Positions 18,957-28,685 of a stretch of DNA of 64,000 bases are shown one piece after another. The DNA lies in contig CBDFJF010000001.1 in NCBI GenBank assembly GCA_965248265.1, positions 2,304,001 to 2,368,000 of the forward strand, written 5' to 3'. Within the stretch, counting starts at the first letter, position 1. Every line of letters starts with the position of its first letter. The DNA comes from Candidatus Latescibacterota bacterium (GTDB taxonomy: Bacteria > Latescibacterota > UBA2968 > UBA8231). The position numbers were made by a program, and so were the translations under genes. Below the pieces are notes generated by a model, which did no database searches, was not told where the DNA came from, and worked only from the letters and a program-made list of their open reading frames with translations.

Positions 18957-19882
18957 TCACGGTCGGCGCCGCCCAATCCGGGCCGGTGACCTGTGCCGAA
19001 AGTCGTGCAGACGTCATCGAGCGCCTGATCGCCCTCATGCGGTCCGCCCATCAGCGCGGCTGCGATCTCGTCGTCTTCACCGAGATCGCCCTCACCCCCT
19101 TCTTCCCGCACTGGTACATCGAGGATGAAGATGAGATCGACGCCTACTTCGAACACGAGGTACCGGGCCCGGGTACGCAGCCCCTGTTCGATGAGGCTGT
19201 CCATCTGGGCATCGGCTTTCACCTCGGATTCGCCGAACTCGTCGTCGAGGACGGCCACAAACGGCGCTACAACAGCTGCGTCCTGGTCGGCAAGGACGGC
19301 CGCTTGATCGGCAAGTACCGCAAAATCCACCTTCCCGGCTTCGCTGAATTCCAGGAAGGACATCACTACCAGAATCTGGAGAAGTACTACTTCACCTCCG
19401 GCAATCTCGGTTTCGGCACCTGGCCCGCGTTCGGTGGCATCTTCGGCATGTGTATCTGCTACGATCGGCGATGGCCAGAGTCGTACAGGGTTCTGGCGTT
19501 GCAAGGAGCAGAGATGATCCTGCTCGGGTACAACACACCTGACTCCCCCGGCGACCGCGACGGCTCCAATCCGCTGGCCAACTTCCACAATCTGCTGAGC
19601 ATGCAGGCCGGCGCCTATCAGAACGGATGCTGGGTGGTCGGTGTCGCCAAGGCGGGCGTCGAGGAGGGCGTCAGCCAGATCGGACAGAGCTGCATCATCG
19701 CGCCCTCAGGTGAGATCGCTGCCATGGCGACTACCCTGGAGGACGAACTGGTGGTGGCCGAATGCGACCTGGACCGGACCCTGGAGTACCGCGAACACTC
19801 GCTGAACTTCGATGAGAATCGACATATAGAGCATTACCGGCTGATCACCGAACAAACCGGATCGATCCCGCCCGAGGGCTGA
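18947..19882 (+). CDS. N-carbamoyl-D-amino acid hydrolase (nitrilase superfamily)
   Basis: E-K-C triad: FTEIALT, YRKIHLPG, CYDRRWPE; GYNTP motif typical of D-carbamoylase. Confidence 0.9.
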   Translation: MRLITVGAAQSGPVTCAESRADVIERLIALMRSAHQRGCDLVVFTEIALTPFFPHWYIEDEDEIDAYFEHEVPGPGTQPLFDEAVHLGIGFHLGFAELVVEDGHKRRYNSCVLVGKDGRLIGKYRKIHLPGFAEFQEGHHYQNLEKYYFTSGNLGFGTWPAFGGIFGMCICYDRRWPESYRVLALQGAEMILLGYNTPDSPGDRDGSNPLANFHNLLSMQAGAYQNGCWVVGVAKAGVEEGVSQIGQSCIIAPSGEIAAMATTLEDELVVAECDLDRTLEYREHSLNFDENRHIEHYRLITEQTGSIPPEG

Positions 19883-19940
19883 TACCGCGCCGTACTTACC
19901 TCAGACGCGAGCACGCTGCCGGACGAACCCGAGGATTCCC

Positions 19941-19993
19941 TGTCGACACAGCGGCGCGCGCTGTCAAACGTCCGCTGGAACGCTTGGTTCGAC
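19941..19993 (-). mobile_element. Truncated attC-like site at the 3' end of the glycoside hydrolase gene
   Basis: Minus strand GTCGAAC-CAAGCGTTCCAGCGGACG-TTTGACAGCGCGCG-CCGCTG: inverse core plus a CAGCGG/CCGCTG stem; the outer right arm is missing. Confidence 0.55.
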
Positions 19994-21193
19994 CTTTTCT
20001 CCGATCCTGGCTTGCTCGTAGAGTCGGGCCATAGCCAGTAGAGGATTGTGTCCCAGGTAGTCACTGCACGGGCGATTGAACTCTGTGTCCGGCTTGCGCT
20101 GGATATCCTCCGGTCTTCCTCCCTGCGGATGGTAGAACTCCCATATGGTGCCGGTCCGTTCGAATTGCGCCGCGGAGTCGTCAAGGGCCTGTTCCAACAG
20201 CAAGGCGGCGTCGTCGTACGCACCGTAGTTCATACATCCTCTTGCCGCCCAGTAGGTCATGCTGTTCCATGCCGGACCTCGCCACAGGCGCAATTCGAAT
20301 CGCGGATCATCCAGAGCTACCGTTGCAATCGGATGCTCACAGAAAAACTTTTTCGGGTTCATGAGGTTGCTTCCAATCACGCGGCGTGCCTGGTCTGGTG
20401 TGGCTGCGCCAACAACGAGAGGCCACAATCCCTCAAAGGACAGGCAGCGTTGTGAGGGATCACCAACGGCCCAGATGTCGTGGAAGAAGTCAGTATCCTG
20501 GACAAACAACTGTTCTTGAATAAAGGACTTGAGATCGTCGGCTTTCTCTGCGTATTCAGATGATTCTTCGCCAAGTGCTTGCCCCCACCGACTGGCGCAG
20601 ACATACATGGCGAACACATGGGACGTCGCATCGACGCAGGCAAACGATCCGGGCTGTTTCTCAAAAAAACGAATACCCTCGTCAATGCCGCTCTCCCCGG
20701 TGGGACTCAAGATGTCGATGTAGAAGAATCCGTTCCCGGTAGCCTTGCGTTCTTGCTCGAACCAGGAGATCTGTCGAACGAGTGCCTTGTAGGCCAGGGG
20801 CAGTATGTCCGAGCCGTGCTCGTCAGCGTAATCCTGGACGGCGATAGGCCAGACAGGAGGATGCCCCGTTTCAGCCCTCCAGTCCGCTTTTCCCTCGCGA
20901 ACATAGATGACTCCAGGAACCAGTCCGTTATCCTGCTGTCCGGCAAGGTTGTTCTCGATTTGGTGGCGCGCATGTTCGGCATCGAGTGGCAGGATATCCA
21001 GGATAGCATGCACGATGTCCCAATGCCCAAACGCGGGGCCGTAGCAGTAACCCGGGCCAATCTCTTCCCACGGATGCGGGAATGGAGCCACTGCAGGCCT
21101 GACGCTTCTGCGGTGGAGATCCGCCACGTAGTTCAGCATGCGTTCCCATTCTGCTTTGCCCGGCATCTGCATCTTGCTGGTATCATTCTTCAT
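19964..21193 (-). CDS. (alpha/alpha)6 glycoside hydrolase (GH63/MGH1 or trehalase-like)
   Basis: HWD, HPPVW, ESGIDE, WRGPAW and WEFYHP motifs; opposite orientation to both neighbours. Confidence 0.8.
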   Translation of the reverse strand: MKNDTSKMQMPGKAEWERMLNYVADLHRRSVRPAVAPFPHPWEEIGPGYCYGPAFGHWDIVHAILDILPLDAEHARHQIENNLAGQQDNGLVPGVIYVREGKADWRAETGHPPVWPIAVQDYADEHGSDILPLAYKALVRQISWFEQERKATGNGFFYIDILSPTGESGIDEGIRFFEKQPGSFACVDATSHVFAMYVCASRWGQALGEESSEYAEKADDLKSFIQEQLFVQDTDFFHDIWAVGDPSQRCLSFEGLWPLVVGAATPDQARRVIGSNLMNPKKFFCEHPIATVALDDPRFELRLWRGPAWNSMTYWAARGCMNYGAYDDAALLLEQALDDSAAQFERTGTIWEFYHPQGGRPEDIQRKPDTEFNRPCSDYLGHNPLLAMARLYEQARIGEKVEPSVPADV

Positions 21194-21211
21194 TCTGGTC
21201 TGCTTTCTGTG

Positions 21212-21263
21212 GTCGAACGCAGGGATGACCTGCTGGCGGAATCACCAAAGGATTTAGTCCGCC
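21212..21263 (-). mobile_element. Right half of an attC-like site just upstream of the glycoside hydrolase
   Basis: Minus strand GGCGGA...TCCGCC-AGCAGGTCATCCCTGC-GTTCGAC, ending 18 nt before the ATG. GTTCGAC is the exact reverse complement of the downstream GTCGAAC. Confidence 0.5.
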
Positions 21264-21552
21264 GATCTATGGAATCTACCTGGCAGGCGTCGGCCTTCCG
21301 CGCCTGACCGAGTAACGATAACCTATTTTGTAGCAACTATGCATCGTATTTACAGACCCGGGCACCTCGCCCTGTGCGGCGAGCCCATCGGCATGGCCCT
21401 CGTCATCGTCCGCGACTTGGGCAAAGACAGCAGGTAGAATCGACGACTGATCGAGATAACCTCCGTACATACCTCGAACGCGAGTATCTTCGTATTTTCT
21501 TCAGCTGATCCCTGAATGCTGTTCCACGACTACCGGAAAGAGACAGGCAACG

Positions 21553-22566
21553 ATGGCTGGAAGTAAGAAGACGGCACTGATAACGGGTGTAACGGGCCAG
21601 GACGGGTCCTACCTGGCTGAGCTCCTGCTGGACAAGGGGTATGAAGTGGTCGGAGTCTCTCGCCGCTCGACACATTACCGGCATGAAAACATCGATCACC
21701 TGGGTGGTAGACTGAAACTCGAGTACGGTGACCTCATAGACCCCACCAGCATCGAGCGTTTGGTCGCTGAGTACCAGCCGGATGAGGTCTACAACATCGC
21801 GGCCCAGTCGGTCCCGGCCGACAGCTGGACCCAACCGGTGGTCACGGCTGAGATCACCGCCGTGGGGCCAGTTCGGGTGCTGGAAGCCGTGCGCAAGTAC
21901 AAACCGGACGCCCGCTTCTATCAGGCCACGAGTAGAGAAATCTACGGCGGCATCCAACAAGAGGTGATCGATGAGAGCGCCCCGCTGGGCGCCAACAACC
22001 CATATGGCGTGGCCAAGCTCTACGCTCACCTCATGGTCGAGACCTACCGCCAATCCTACGACATGTTCGCTTGTGGTGGCATCCTCTTCAATCACGAGAG
22101 CCCTCGACGATCTCTGCATTTCGTCACCCGCAAGGTCACGATGGCCGTGGCCTGTATCAAATGTGGCATCGACAATCCCCCCTTGAATGAGGCCGGCGAA
22201 CCACTCGTAAGAGACGGAAAGCTGCGTATGGGCAACCTCGATGCGGTACGTGACTGGGGCCATGCCCAGGAATACGTCGAGGCCATGTGGCTGATGCTGC
22301 AGCAGGATGAACCCGAGAACTACGTCATCGCCACCAACCGCTCGAACACCATCCGCGAGCTCTGTGAGGTCGCCTTCTCGCATGCCGGCCTGGATTGGCA
22401 AGAGCACGTTGACACCGATGAGCGCTTCATACGCCCGACGGAGATCGCGGCTTCTCGAGGCGACTTTTCCAAGGCCAAGGCGCAGCTGGGCTGGTCGCCG
22501 AAGGTCAGCTTCGAGGAATTGATTCACCTGATGGTCGACGCCGACATCGCCCGCCTGTCTGAGTGA
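21553..22566 (+). CDS. gmd: GDP-mannose 4,6-dehydratase (atypical TSRE motif)
   Basis: GVTGQDGSYL, PYGVAK, GILFNHESPRR and RDWGHA motifs. Confidence 0.9.
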   Translation: MAGSKKTALITGVTGQDGSYLAELLLDKGYEVVGVSRRSTHYRHENIDHLGGRLKLEYGDLIDPTSIERLVAEYQPDEVYNIAAQSVPADSWTQPVVTAEITAVGPVRVLEAVRKYKPDARFYQATSREIYGGIQQEVIDESAPLGANNPYGVAKLYAHLMVETYRQSYDMFACGGILFNHESPRRSLHFVTRKVTMAVACIKCGIDNPPLNEAGEPLVRDGKLRMGNLDAVRDWGHAQEYVEAMWLMLQQDEPENYVIATNRSNTIRELCEVAFSHAGLDWQEHVDTDERFIRPTEIAASRGDFSKAKAQLGWSPKVSFEELIHLMVDADIARLSE

Positions 22567-23966
22567 TGGCTACTGCAACTGAAGATGCCTTGACTGATAC
22601 CGCCGCCGCCGGGGCCACAGGAAGCAGGGTCCCTGAACACAGGATCTTCCACCGGGTCAAGAAAGAGCGCTGGCCGCTGATTTCACACGCCGAGGGTCTC
22701 TACCTCTACGATGCGGCCGGCAACTGCTACCTGGACGCCTGCGCCGGCGTCCACGTCGTCAGCATCGGCCATGGAGTGAAAGAGGTAGTCGAGGCCATGC
22801 ACCAGCAGGCCGGCAAGGTCACCTTCGCCTACGGCAAGTTCATCTCCGAACCCCAGATCCAGCTGGCGGAGAAGATTGCCACGATGACGCCGGCCGGGTT
22901 GTCTCGCGTGTTCTTCGTCTCCGGCGGTTCTGAAGCTACCGAGTCAGCGATGAAGATGGCGCGCAAGTACCACGTCGAGACAGGCAACCCCTCCAAGTAC
23001 AAGGTGATCAGCCGGTGGCAGAGCTGGCACGGCAACACCATCGGCGCGCTGTCGATGTCGGGGCGTAGTCCCTGGCGACAGGACTATGTCCCCTATCTGC
23101 TCGATTTTCCGCACATTTCTCCCTGCTACCCCTACCGTTGCGCCTACTGCAAGAATGAGGAAGGCGGATGCCAACTCTCCTGCGCCGAGGAACTCGAGCG
23201 CGTGATCAAGCAGGAGGGCAGTGATTCCATCTCCGCCTTCATCGCCGAGCCGGTAATGGGAACGTCTGCCTGCGGAGTGGCGCCGCCGCCGGACTATTTC
23301 CCCATGATCCGCGACATCTGTGACCGTCATAACGTGATAATGATCGTAGATGAGGTTGTCACCGGATTCGGCCGCACGGGCCTCGACTTCGGCATACAGC
23401 ACTGGGACGCGGTCCCCGACATCATGTGCACGGGAAAGGGGCTCAGCAGCGGATACACGCCTATCGCGGCCACGATCGCTCACGAGCGCATCTACGACGC
23501 CATTTACCAAACGGCACCCTCGTTCGTCCACGGCCATACCTATGGCGGCAACCCGCTCAGCTGCGCCACCGCGCTGGCGGTCCTCAACTATGTCGACGAG
23601 CATGATCTCGTCAAACGCTGTGCCGAGATGGGAGAACTTATGTTGGAAAAACTGCTGCCGTTGCAGGAACTGCCCATCGTCGCCGAGGTGCGTGGCAAGG
23701 GCCTGCTCATCGGCGTGGAGTTCGTGGCTGACAAGAACACGCGGGCACCGTTCGATGCATCGCTCGGGGTCACCAATCGTGTCGTCGAGGGCGTATTCGA
23801 CAAGGGCGTCGCCATCATGCCGGGCGCTCCCGGGCTCATCGACGGGGTCGAGGGCGACCACATCGCCATCAGCCCGCCGTTTACGATAACCTCAGAGGAA
23901 GTCGACATCAGCGTCGACGCGGTTGTGGCTACCGTGCGCGAGCTTTCGGCGGAGCTGGCGCCATGA
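22563..23966 (+). CDS. Class III PLP-dependent aminotransferase
   Basis: SGGSEATE, WHGNT, DEVVTGFGRTG, GKGLSSGY and HGHTYGG motifs. Confidence 0.93.
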   Translation: MMATATEDALTDTAAAGATGSRVPEHRIFHRVKKERWPLISHAEGLYLYDAAGNCYLDACAGVHVVSIGHGVKEVVEAMHQQAGKVTFAYGKFISEPQIQLAEKIATMTPAGLSRVFFVSGGSEATESAMKMARKYHVETGNPSKYKVISRWQSWHGNTIGALSMSGRSPWRQDYVPYLLDFPHISPCYPYRCAYCKNEEGGCQLSCAEELERVIKQEGSDSISAFIAEPVMGTSACGVAPPPDYFPMIRDICDRHNVIMIVDEVVTGFGRTGLDFGIQHWDAVPDIMCTGKGLSSGYTPIAATIAHERIYDAIYQTAPSFVHGHTYGGNPLSCATALAVLNYVDEHDLVKRCAEMGELMLEKLLPLQELPIVAEVRGKGLLIGVEFVADKNTRAPFDASLGVTNRVVEGVFDKGVAIMPGAPGLIDGVEGDHIAISPPFTITSEEVDISVDAVVATVRELSAELAP

Positions 23967-24757
23967 CGCGATTCAGCTACATGGTCATCGACACACCCAC
24001 CGTCTTCGCGGACGATGCGGCCGCCCGCGGCTGTTTCGAGCTGGTCAAATCATGCGGCTACGAAGGGCTGGAGTTGAATATTTCCAACGCCATTCTGGAA
24101 AAGCAGGACTTACTGACCTCCCTGATCGAAGAACACGACCTGCCGATCCCCTCTTTTCTGACCGGCGCCGTCTACTCCCAGGGTCTGTGCCTGAGCTCGC
24201 CCGACGAAGCCTCCAGGCAGGGAGCGATTGATTGCCTCATCGGATATCTCGACTTGGCCGAGCGCTTCGGGGCCATCCTCGTAGTCGGCCTGCTGCAAGG
24301 ACTCACCCGCGACGAACCGGATACGGAGACGGCGCTGGGTCGAATCGTGGCTTCGATGAAGGAAGTCACTGCCAGGGCCCAGGTACGGGGTGTCCAGCTT
24401 GTGATGGAGCCGATCAATCACCTCCAGGTCGGCTTCAATAATTCAGTCGCTGAGGTGCGCCAACTGGCGCGGGACGTCGGCTCAACGGCGCTCAAGCCTA
24501 TGGTCGACACCATTCATATGAACATCGAGGACCAGTCGATCACGCAGCCGATATTCGATTGCGGCGCCGATTTGGCCCACGTCCACCTGTGTGAGAGCAA
24601 TGGCGGGCCGTTCGGGAGCGGCCACATCGACTTCGGTTCAGTACTCGATGCTTTGAACAAGATCGGCTACGACGGATTCGCTTCGGTCAAGATCTACCGC
24701 AAGGCCTCGATGGCTGAAGCGACCAGCTCCAGTATCGAGTTCTTGCGCAAACTCTGA
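23963..24757 (+). CDS. Sugar phosphate isomerase/epimerase (xylose isomerase-like TIM barrel)
   Basis: EPIN, DTIHMNIE, HVHLCESN and GHIDF motifs. Confidence 0.88.
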   Translation: MTRFSYMVIDTPTVFADDAAARGCFELVKSCGYEGLELNISNAILEKQDLLTSLIEEHDLPIPSFLTGAVYSQGLCLSSPDEASRQGAIDCLIGYLDLAERFGAILVVGLLQGLTRDEPDTETALGRIVASMKEVTARAQVRGVQLVMEPINHLQVGFNNSVAEVRQLARDVGSTALKPMVDTIHMNIEDQSITQPIFDCGADLAHVHLCESNGGPFGSGHIDFGSVLDALNKIGYDGFASVKIYRKASMAEATSSSIEFLRKL

Positions 24758-24813
24758 GCGTACCTGCTCACCTCAAACCTGCCCCGGCAACGGGCTGGAA
24801 GCGCTGAATTGTC

Positions 24814-26547
24814 GTGATCTATCGCGTATTCCCGTTCCTGCTATGGCTGCCCGAACTTCGCAAGGCGTCCATCCTGCGAGGCGACGTGATCGCCGGAATC
24901 ACGGTGGCAGCCGTGCTGATCCCGCAGTCGATGGCCTACGCCAGGTTGGCTGGATTGCCGGCGGTGTTTGGTCTGTACGCCGCCTTCCTGCCGCCTGTGA
25001 TCGCCGGCCTGTTCGGTTCCTCGCGCCAACTGGCCACGGGACCCGTCGCCCTGGTTGCTCTGATCAGTGCCGCGACGGTCGGTAAGATCGCTCCCCCTGG
25101 CTCGGCTGATTTCGTTTCCTATTCCATCCTGCTTGCCCTGATGGTCGGCCTCTTCCGGTTGACACTCGGACTGTTGCGCTTCGGCATGCTCGTCAACCTA
25201 CTGTCCGGTCCGGTCGTCGTCGGCTTCACCAATGCGGCCGCCCTCATCATCGCTTCATCGCAATTGCCGGCGATTCTGGGCGTGGATACCCCACCAGCTG
25301 CTGAGCGCCACCTGCAGATGGTCCTTCAGACGGTGCGCTCGGCTATAGCAGGAGTGCATTGGGCCTCCATCGGCATGGCGACTCTGACTGGCCTCATCCT
25401 GTTGGTGTTGCGTTTCCGATTCGAGAAGATACTGGTGGCCGTTGCCGTGACCACGGCGGTATCCTGGTTTTTCGGGTACCAAGGCGCGGTGGTCGGCAGC
25501 GTGCCCAGCGGTCTGCCCTCCGTAGTGGTACCACACTTTGACGGTGATGTTGCCTCTAGCTTGGCTGTCGGAGCGGCCTTCATCACCATCATCGGCCTGA
25601 TGGAAGCCATGTCAATCGCCAAAAGCATCGCCACCAAAACCCGTCAACAACTCGACGTGAACCAGGAACTGATCGGCCAGGGTTTGTCCAACATCATCGG
25701 AGGTCTGTTCCAGAGTTTTGCCGTCTCCGGATCCTTTTCACGCTCGGCCATCAACTACGAGTCCGGGGCACGCACCGGGTTTGCGACCGTCGTATGCTCA
25801 GGCGTCGTGATGGCTACACTGTTGTTCCTGACACCACTCTTGTATCACCTGCCACAGGCCACGCTCGCCGTCATCATTGTTTTTGCCGTGCTCAGCCTCG
25901 TCCGCCTGGATCCGGTGCTGGTCGCCTGGCGCGTCACTCCCAAGGACGGCGCCATCGCCGTCGTCACCTTCTTGGCCACGCTGGTGCTGGCACCCCAGCT
26001 CCATTTCGGCATCGGCATCGGTGTCAGCCTGACGCTGATTCTGTACCTGCACCGATCGATGCGACCGCACGTGGCCTACCTGTCTCGCCACCCTGACGGT
26101 CCGCTGGTCGATGCCGAAGCCAATGATCTGGCCCTCGACAAGTACATCGCCCTCATCCGCTTCGACGGCCGGCTCTATTTTGGCGACAGCAGCTACTTCG
26201 AGAGCAAGGTCCTAGAAGCGGTCACGCGCCTGCCCGAGCTCGTCTACGTCGTCATCGACGCTGGCAGCATCAACGAGATAGATGCCACCGGCGAACGCAC
26301 CTTGCGCGATACCGTCACCAACCTGCGCGGCGTCGGCATAGACATCTATTTCACTCGAGCCAAGACCCAATTCGTCGACGTGCTGGAACGAACCGGCTGT
26401 CTCGATCACATCGGTAGAGATCATTTTTTCGACTGGAACCAGCATGCCCTTGACCATCTCTGGGAGCAGATGGATCCGGCTAAAAGAACCCGCTCCCCCC
26501 TTCACGTGCCAACCCCCGGGGGCAAGGGTGGCATCTGGGCCATATAG
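24814..26547 (+). CDS. SulP-family anion transporter with STAS domain
   Basis: PQSMAYARLAGLP, GSSRQLATGP and GSFSRS motifs; C-terminal STAS. Confidence 0.93.
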   Translation: MIYRVFPFLLWLPELRKASILRGDVIAGITVAAVLIPQSMAYARLAGLPAVFGLYAAFLPPVIAGLFGSSRQLATGPVALVALISAATVGKIAPPGSADFVSYSILLALMVGLFRLTLGLLRFGMLVNLLSGPVVVGFTNAAALIIASSQLPAILGVDTPPAAERHLQMVLQTVRSAIAGVHWASIGMATLTGLILLVLRFRFEKILVAVAVTTAVSWFFGYQGAVVGSVPSGLPSVVVPHFDGDVASSLAVGAAFITIIGLMEAMSIAKSIATKTRQQLDVNQELIGQGLSNIIGGLFQSFAVSGSFSRSAINYESGARTGFATVVCSGVVMATLLFLTPLLYHLPQATLAVIIVFAVLSLVRLDPVLVAWRVTPKDGAIAVVTFLATLVLAPQLHFGIGIGVSLTLILYLHRSMRPHVAYLSRHPDGPLVDAEANDLALDKYIALIRFDGRLYFGDSSYFESKVLEAVTRLPELVYVVIDAGSINEIDATGERTLRDTVTNLRGVGIDIYFTRAKTQFVDVLERTGCLDHIGRDHFFDWNQHALDHLWEQMDPAKRTRSPLHVPTPGGKGGIWAI

Positions 26548-26697
26548 TCGAACCCGACTCCGATAGACCGGCTCTTGTAGCCGGTGTCGTTTTCCGTACT
26601 TTAGCGACCCGCTGCGACGATCCGCTGTAGCGAGCTGTTTTGTTACGATCTGCCGTTTCGGCTACACCCTTTTCCCTCTCCAGGGAGCACCCCACTC

Positions 26698-27786
26698 GTG
26701 AGCGATTCCGATCAAGGCACAATCCCCGTCTTCATTGGCAGCTACTGTGCCGCTGAAGAAGACGGCGTCTACGTGCACCGCCTGGACATGAGTTCGGGCG
26801 CCCTGGAGCCCGTGAGCGCTATCGGAGGGTTACAGAACCCGAGCTTTCTCGCTCTGCACCCGACCAAGCCGGTGTTGTATGCGGTCATCGAAACCGATGA
26901 AGGTGCGGTTACCGCCCTCTCCTATGACGAGGACTTCGGTCTGACGGCACACAGCAGCTGCTCGACCGGCGGCAGCCCTTGTCATCTTGTCGTAGATGCC
27001 ACGGGTAGGTACGTCCTGGCTGCCAATTACGGTGGCGGCAGCGTCTGCATGATTCCGCTACGCGCTGATGGCAAGGTGGAAGAGGAAGCCAGTGACTTCG
27101 TCCAGCATCAGGGCTCCAGCGTGCATGACCGGCAAACCGAACCCCATGCGCACTCGATCAATATCGATCCTGGAAATCGCTTCGCCCTCGCGGCCGATCT
27201 GGGGCTCGACAAGATCATGATGTATGCGCTCGATTTCGAGGCCGGCAAACTCCGAACACATGCGACCCAGCCGTTCGCCCGGACTCCGAGCGGCGCCGGA
27301 CCCCGGCATCTAGCGTTCTCGCCAAACCGCCAACTGGTTTATGTGATCAATGAAATCGACAACACCATAACGTCGTTCAACTTCGACGAGTCTGGTGCGA
27401 TGGAGACTCTCGAGACCGTCTCTACCCTGCCAGACGACTTCGACGGTGAGAGTGGTACCGCCGATATCCACATCGAGCCCTCAGGCCGTTTTCTCTACGG
27501 CTCGAATCGCGGCCACGACAGCATCGCCATCTACGCCATAGACCCGGACTCCGGGCGGCTGCAGACGCGTGGTCACACACCCACCGGTGGCAAGAATCCT
27601 CGCAGTTTCGGCATCGATCCCACCGGGACGTTTCTGCTGGCTGCGAATCAGAGCACGAACGACATCCACACATTCCGCTTAGACCAGCAAGACGGCAGCC
27701 TGGCGTCGACAGGCCACGTCGTCGAGGTCCCAGCACCGGTTAGCATGCAATTCCACACATCCCCGCGGCCGCCAGACAGGTCGTAA
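26698..27786 (+). CDS. 6-phosphogluconolactonase-family lactonase (beta-propeller)
   Basis: NPSFL, ANYGGG, PHAH, DLGLD, GPRH and SNRGHDSI motifs. Confidence 0.92.
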   Translation: MSDSDQGTIPVFIGSYCAAEEDGVYVHRLDMSSGALEPVSAIGGLQNPSFLALHPTKPVLYAVIETDEGAVTALSYDEDFGLTAHSSCSTGGSPCHLVVDATGRYVLAANYGGGSVCMIPLRADGKVEEEASDFVQHQGSSVHDRQTEPHAHSINIDPGNRFALAADLGLDKIMMYALDFEAGKLRTHATQPFARTPSGAGPRHLAFSPNRQLVYVINEIDNTITSFNFDESGAMETLETVSTLPDDFDGESGTADIHIEPSGRFLYGSNRGHDSIAIYAIDPDSGRLQTRGHTPTGGKNPRSFGIDPTGTFLLAANQSTNDIHTFRLDQQDGSLASTGHVVEVPAPVSMQFHTSPRPPDRS

Positions 27787-27802
27787 CCAGGAGGCAAGAC
27801 CT

Positions 27803-28591
27803 ATCAGACCGAACAAGCTTCGTGAAATGATGAAGGCGGGAACCCCGACCATGGGCACCCACATCCATGCCACCTGGCCGACGGTGACCGAAATCGTCGG
27901 TCATACCGGGGTCTTCGACTACGTCGAGTTCGTCGAGGAGTACGGCCCCTGGGATCTGTTCGCCTTCGACGACATGTGCCGGGCCGCCGAGTTGCACAAG
28001 CTCGGGTCGATGATCAAGGTGGAAGCAGAGGCGCGCGGCTTCATCGCCCAACGAGCCATTGGCTCGGGTTTCGAGAGTGTGTTGTTTTCGGATTGCCGTT
28101 CCGCTGAAGAAGCCCGGGAATGCGTCAACATTTGCCGCGCCGACACGGGCGAGGGTGGGGGCACCTATGGCGTTGCCACGCGGCGCTTCACCTACATGGG
28201 GTACGGAGGCGCCGCCGAGTACGTCGACATGGTAAACGACACCGTCGTCGTGCTGATGATTGAAAAGGCCGGAGCCGTCGAAGAGCTCGATGAGATCCTC
28301 GCCATCGATGGTGTCGACATGATCCAATGGGGGCCGGGCGATTATTCCATGAACACGGGCCGGGCCGGCCAGTACGCCTCACCAGAGATCAAAGCGGTCG
28401 AGCGCGATGTCATCGCCAAGGCCTTGGCCGCCGGCGTACATCCACGCGCCGAGATCAGCACGCCCGACGACGCCAAGTACTACCTCGATCTCGGGGTACG
28501 CCACTTCTGCATGGAAACGGATATCATGATCCTTTTCAACTGGCTCAAGACCAACGGCGAAGAACTCAAAAAAGCACTCGACGGATTATAG
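27803..28591 (+). CDS. HpcH/HpaI-family aldolase; probable non-canonical ATC start
   Basis: EYGP, MIEK and WGPGDYS motifs. AGGAGG at 27789-27794, then 8 nt, then in-frame ATC-AGA-CCG-AAC-AAG-CTT-CGT-GAA (MRPNKLRE). First ATG is at 27827. Confidence 0.85.
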   Translation: MRPNKLREMMKAGTPTMGTHIHATWPTVTEIVGHTGVFDYVEFVEEYGPWDLFAFDDMCRAAELHKLGSMIKVEAEARGFIAQRAIGSGFESVLFSDCRSAEEARECVNICRADTGEGGGTYGVATRRFTYMGYGGAAEYVDMVNDTVVVLMIEKAGAVEELDEILAIDGVDMIQWGPGDYSMNTGRAGQYASPEIKAVERDVIAKALAAGVHPRAEISTPDDAKYYLDLGVRHFCMETDIMILFNWLKTNGEELKKALDGL

Positions 28592-28685
28592 AAGCTCGTT
28601 GATAGACGGGTTGCTCCGCGCGGACGCACCGACGCCAATGTCTGATTAACCCCAACCAGCGTATGAGCAGGGCGAGTGAGGCCGA

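Noticed and set aside
21339-21437. 32-codon ORF MHRIYRPGHLALCGEPIG... upstream of gmd
   Set aside because: No RBS or recognisable motif; could be a gene remnant but cannot be supported.
26576-26666. TGTAGCCG/CGGCTACA inverted repeat upstream of the lactonase
   Set aside because: Only 8 bp, with no recognisable riboswitch or element features.
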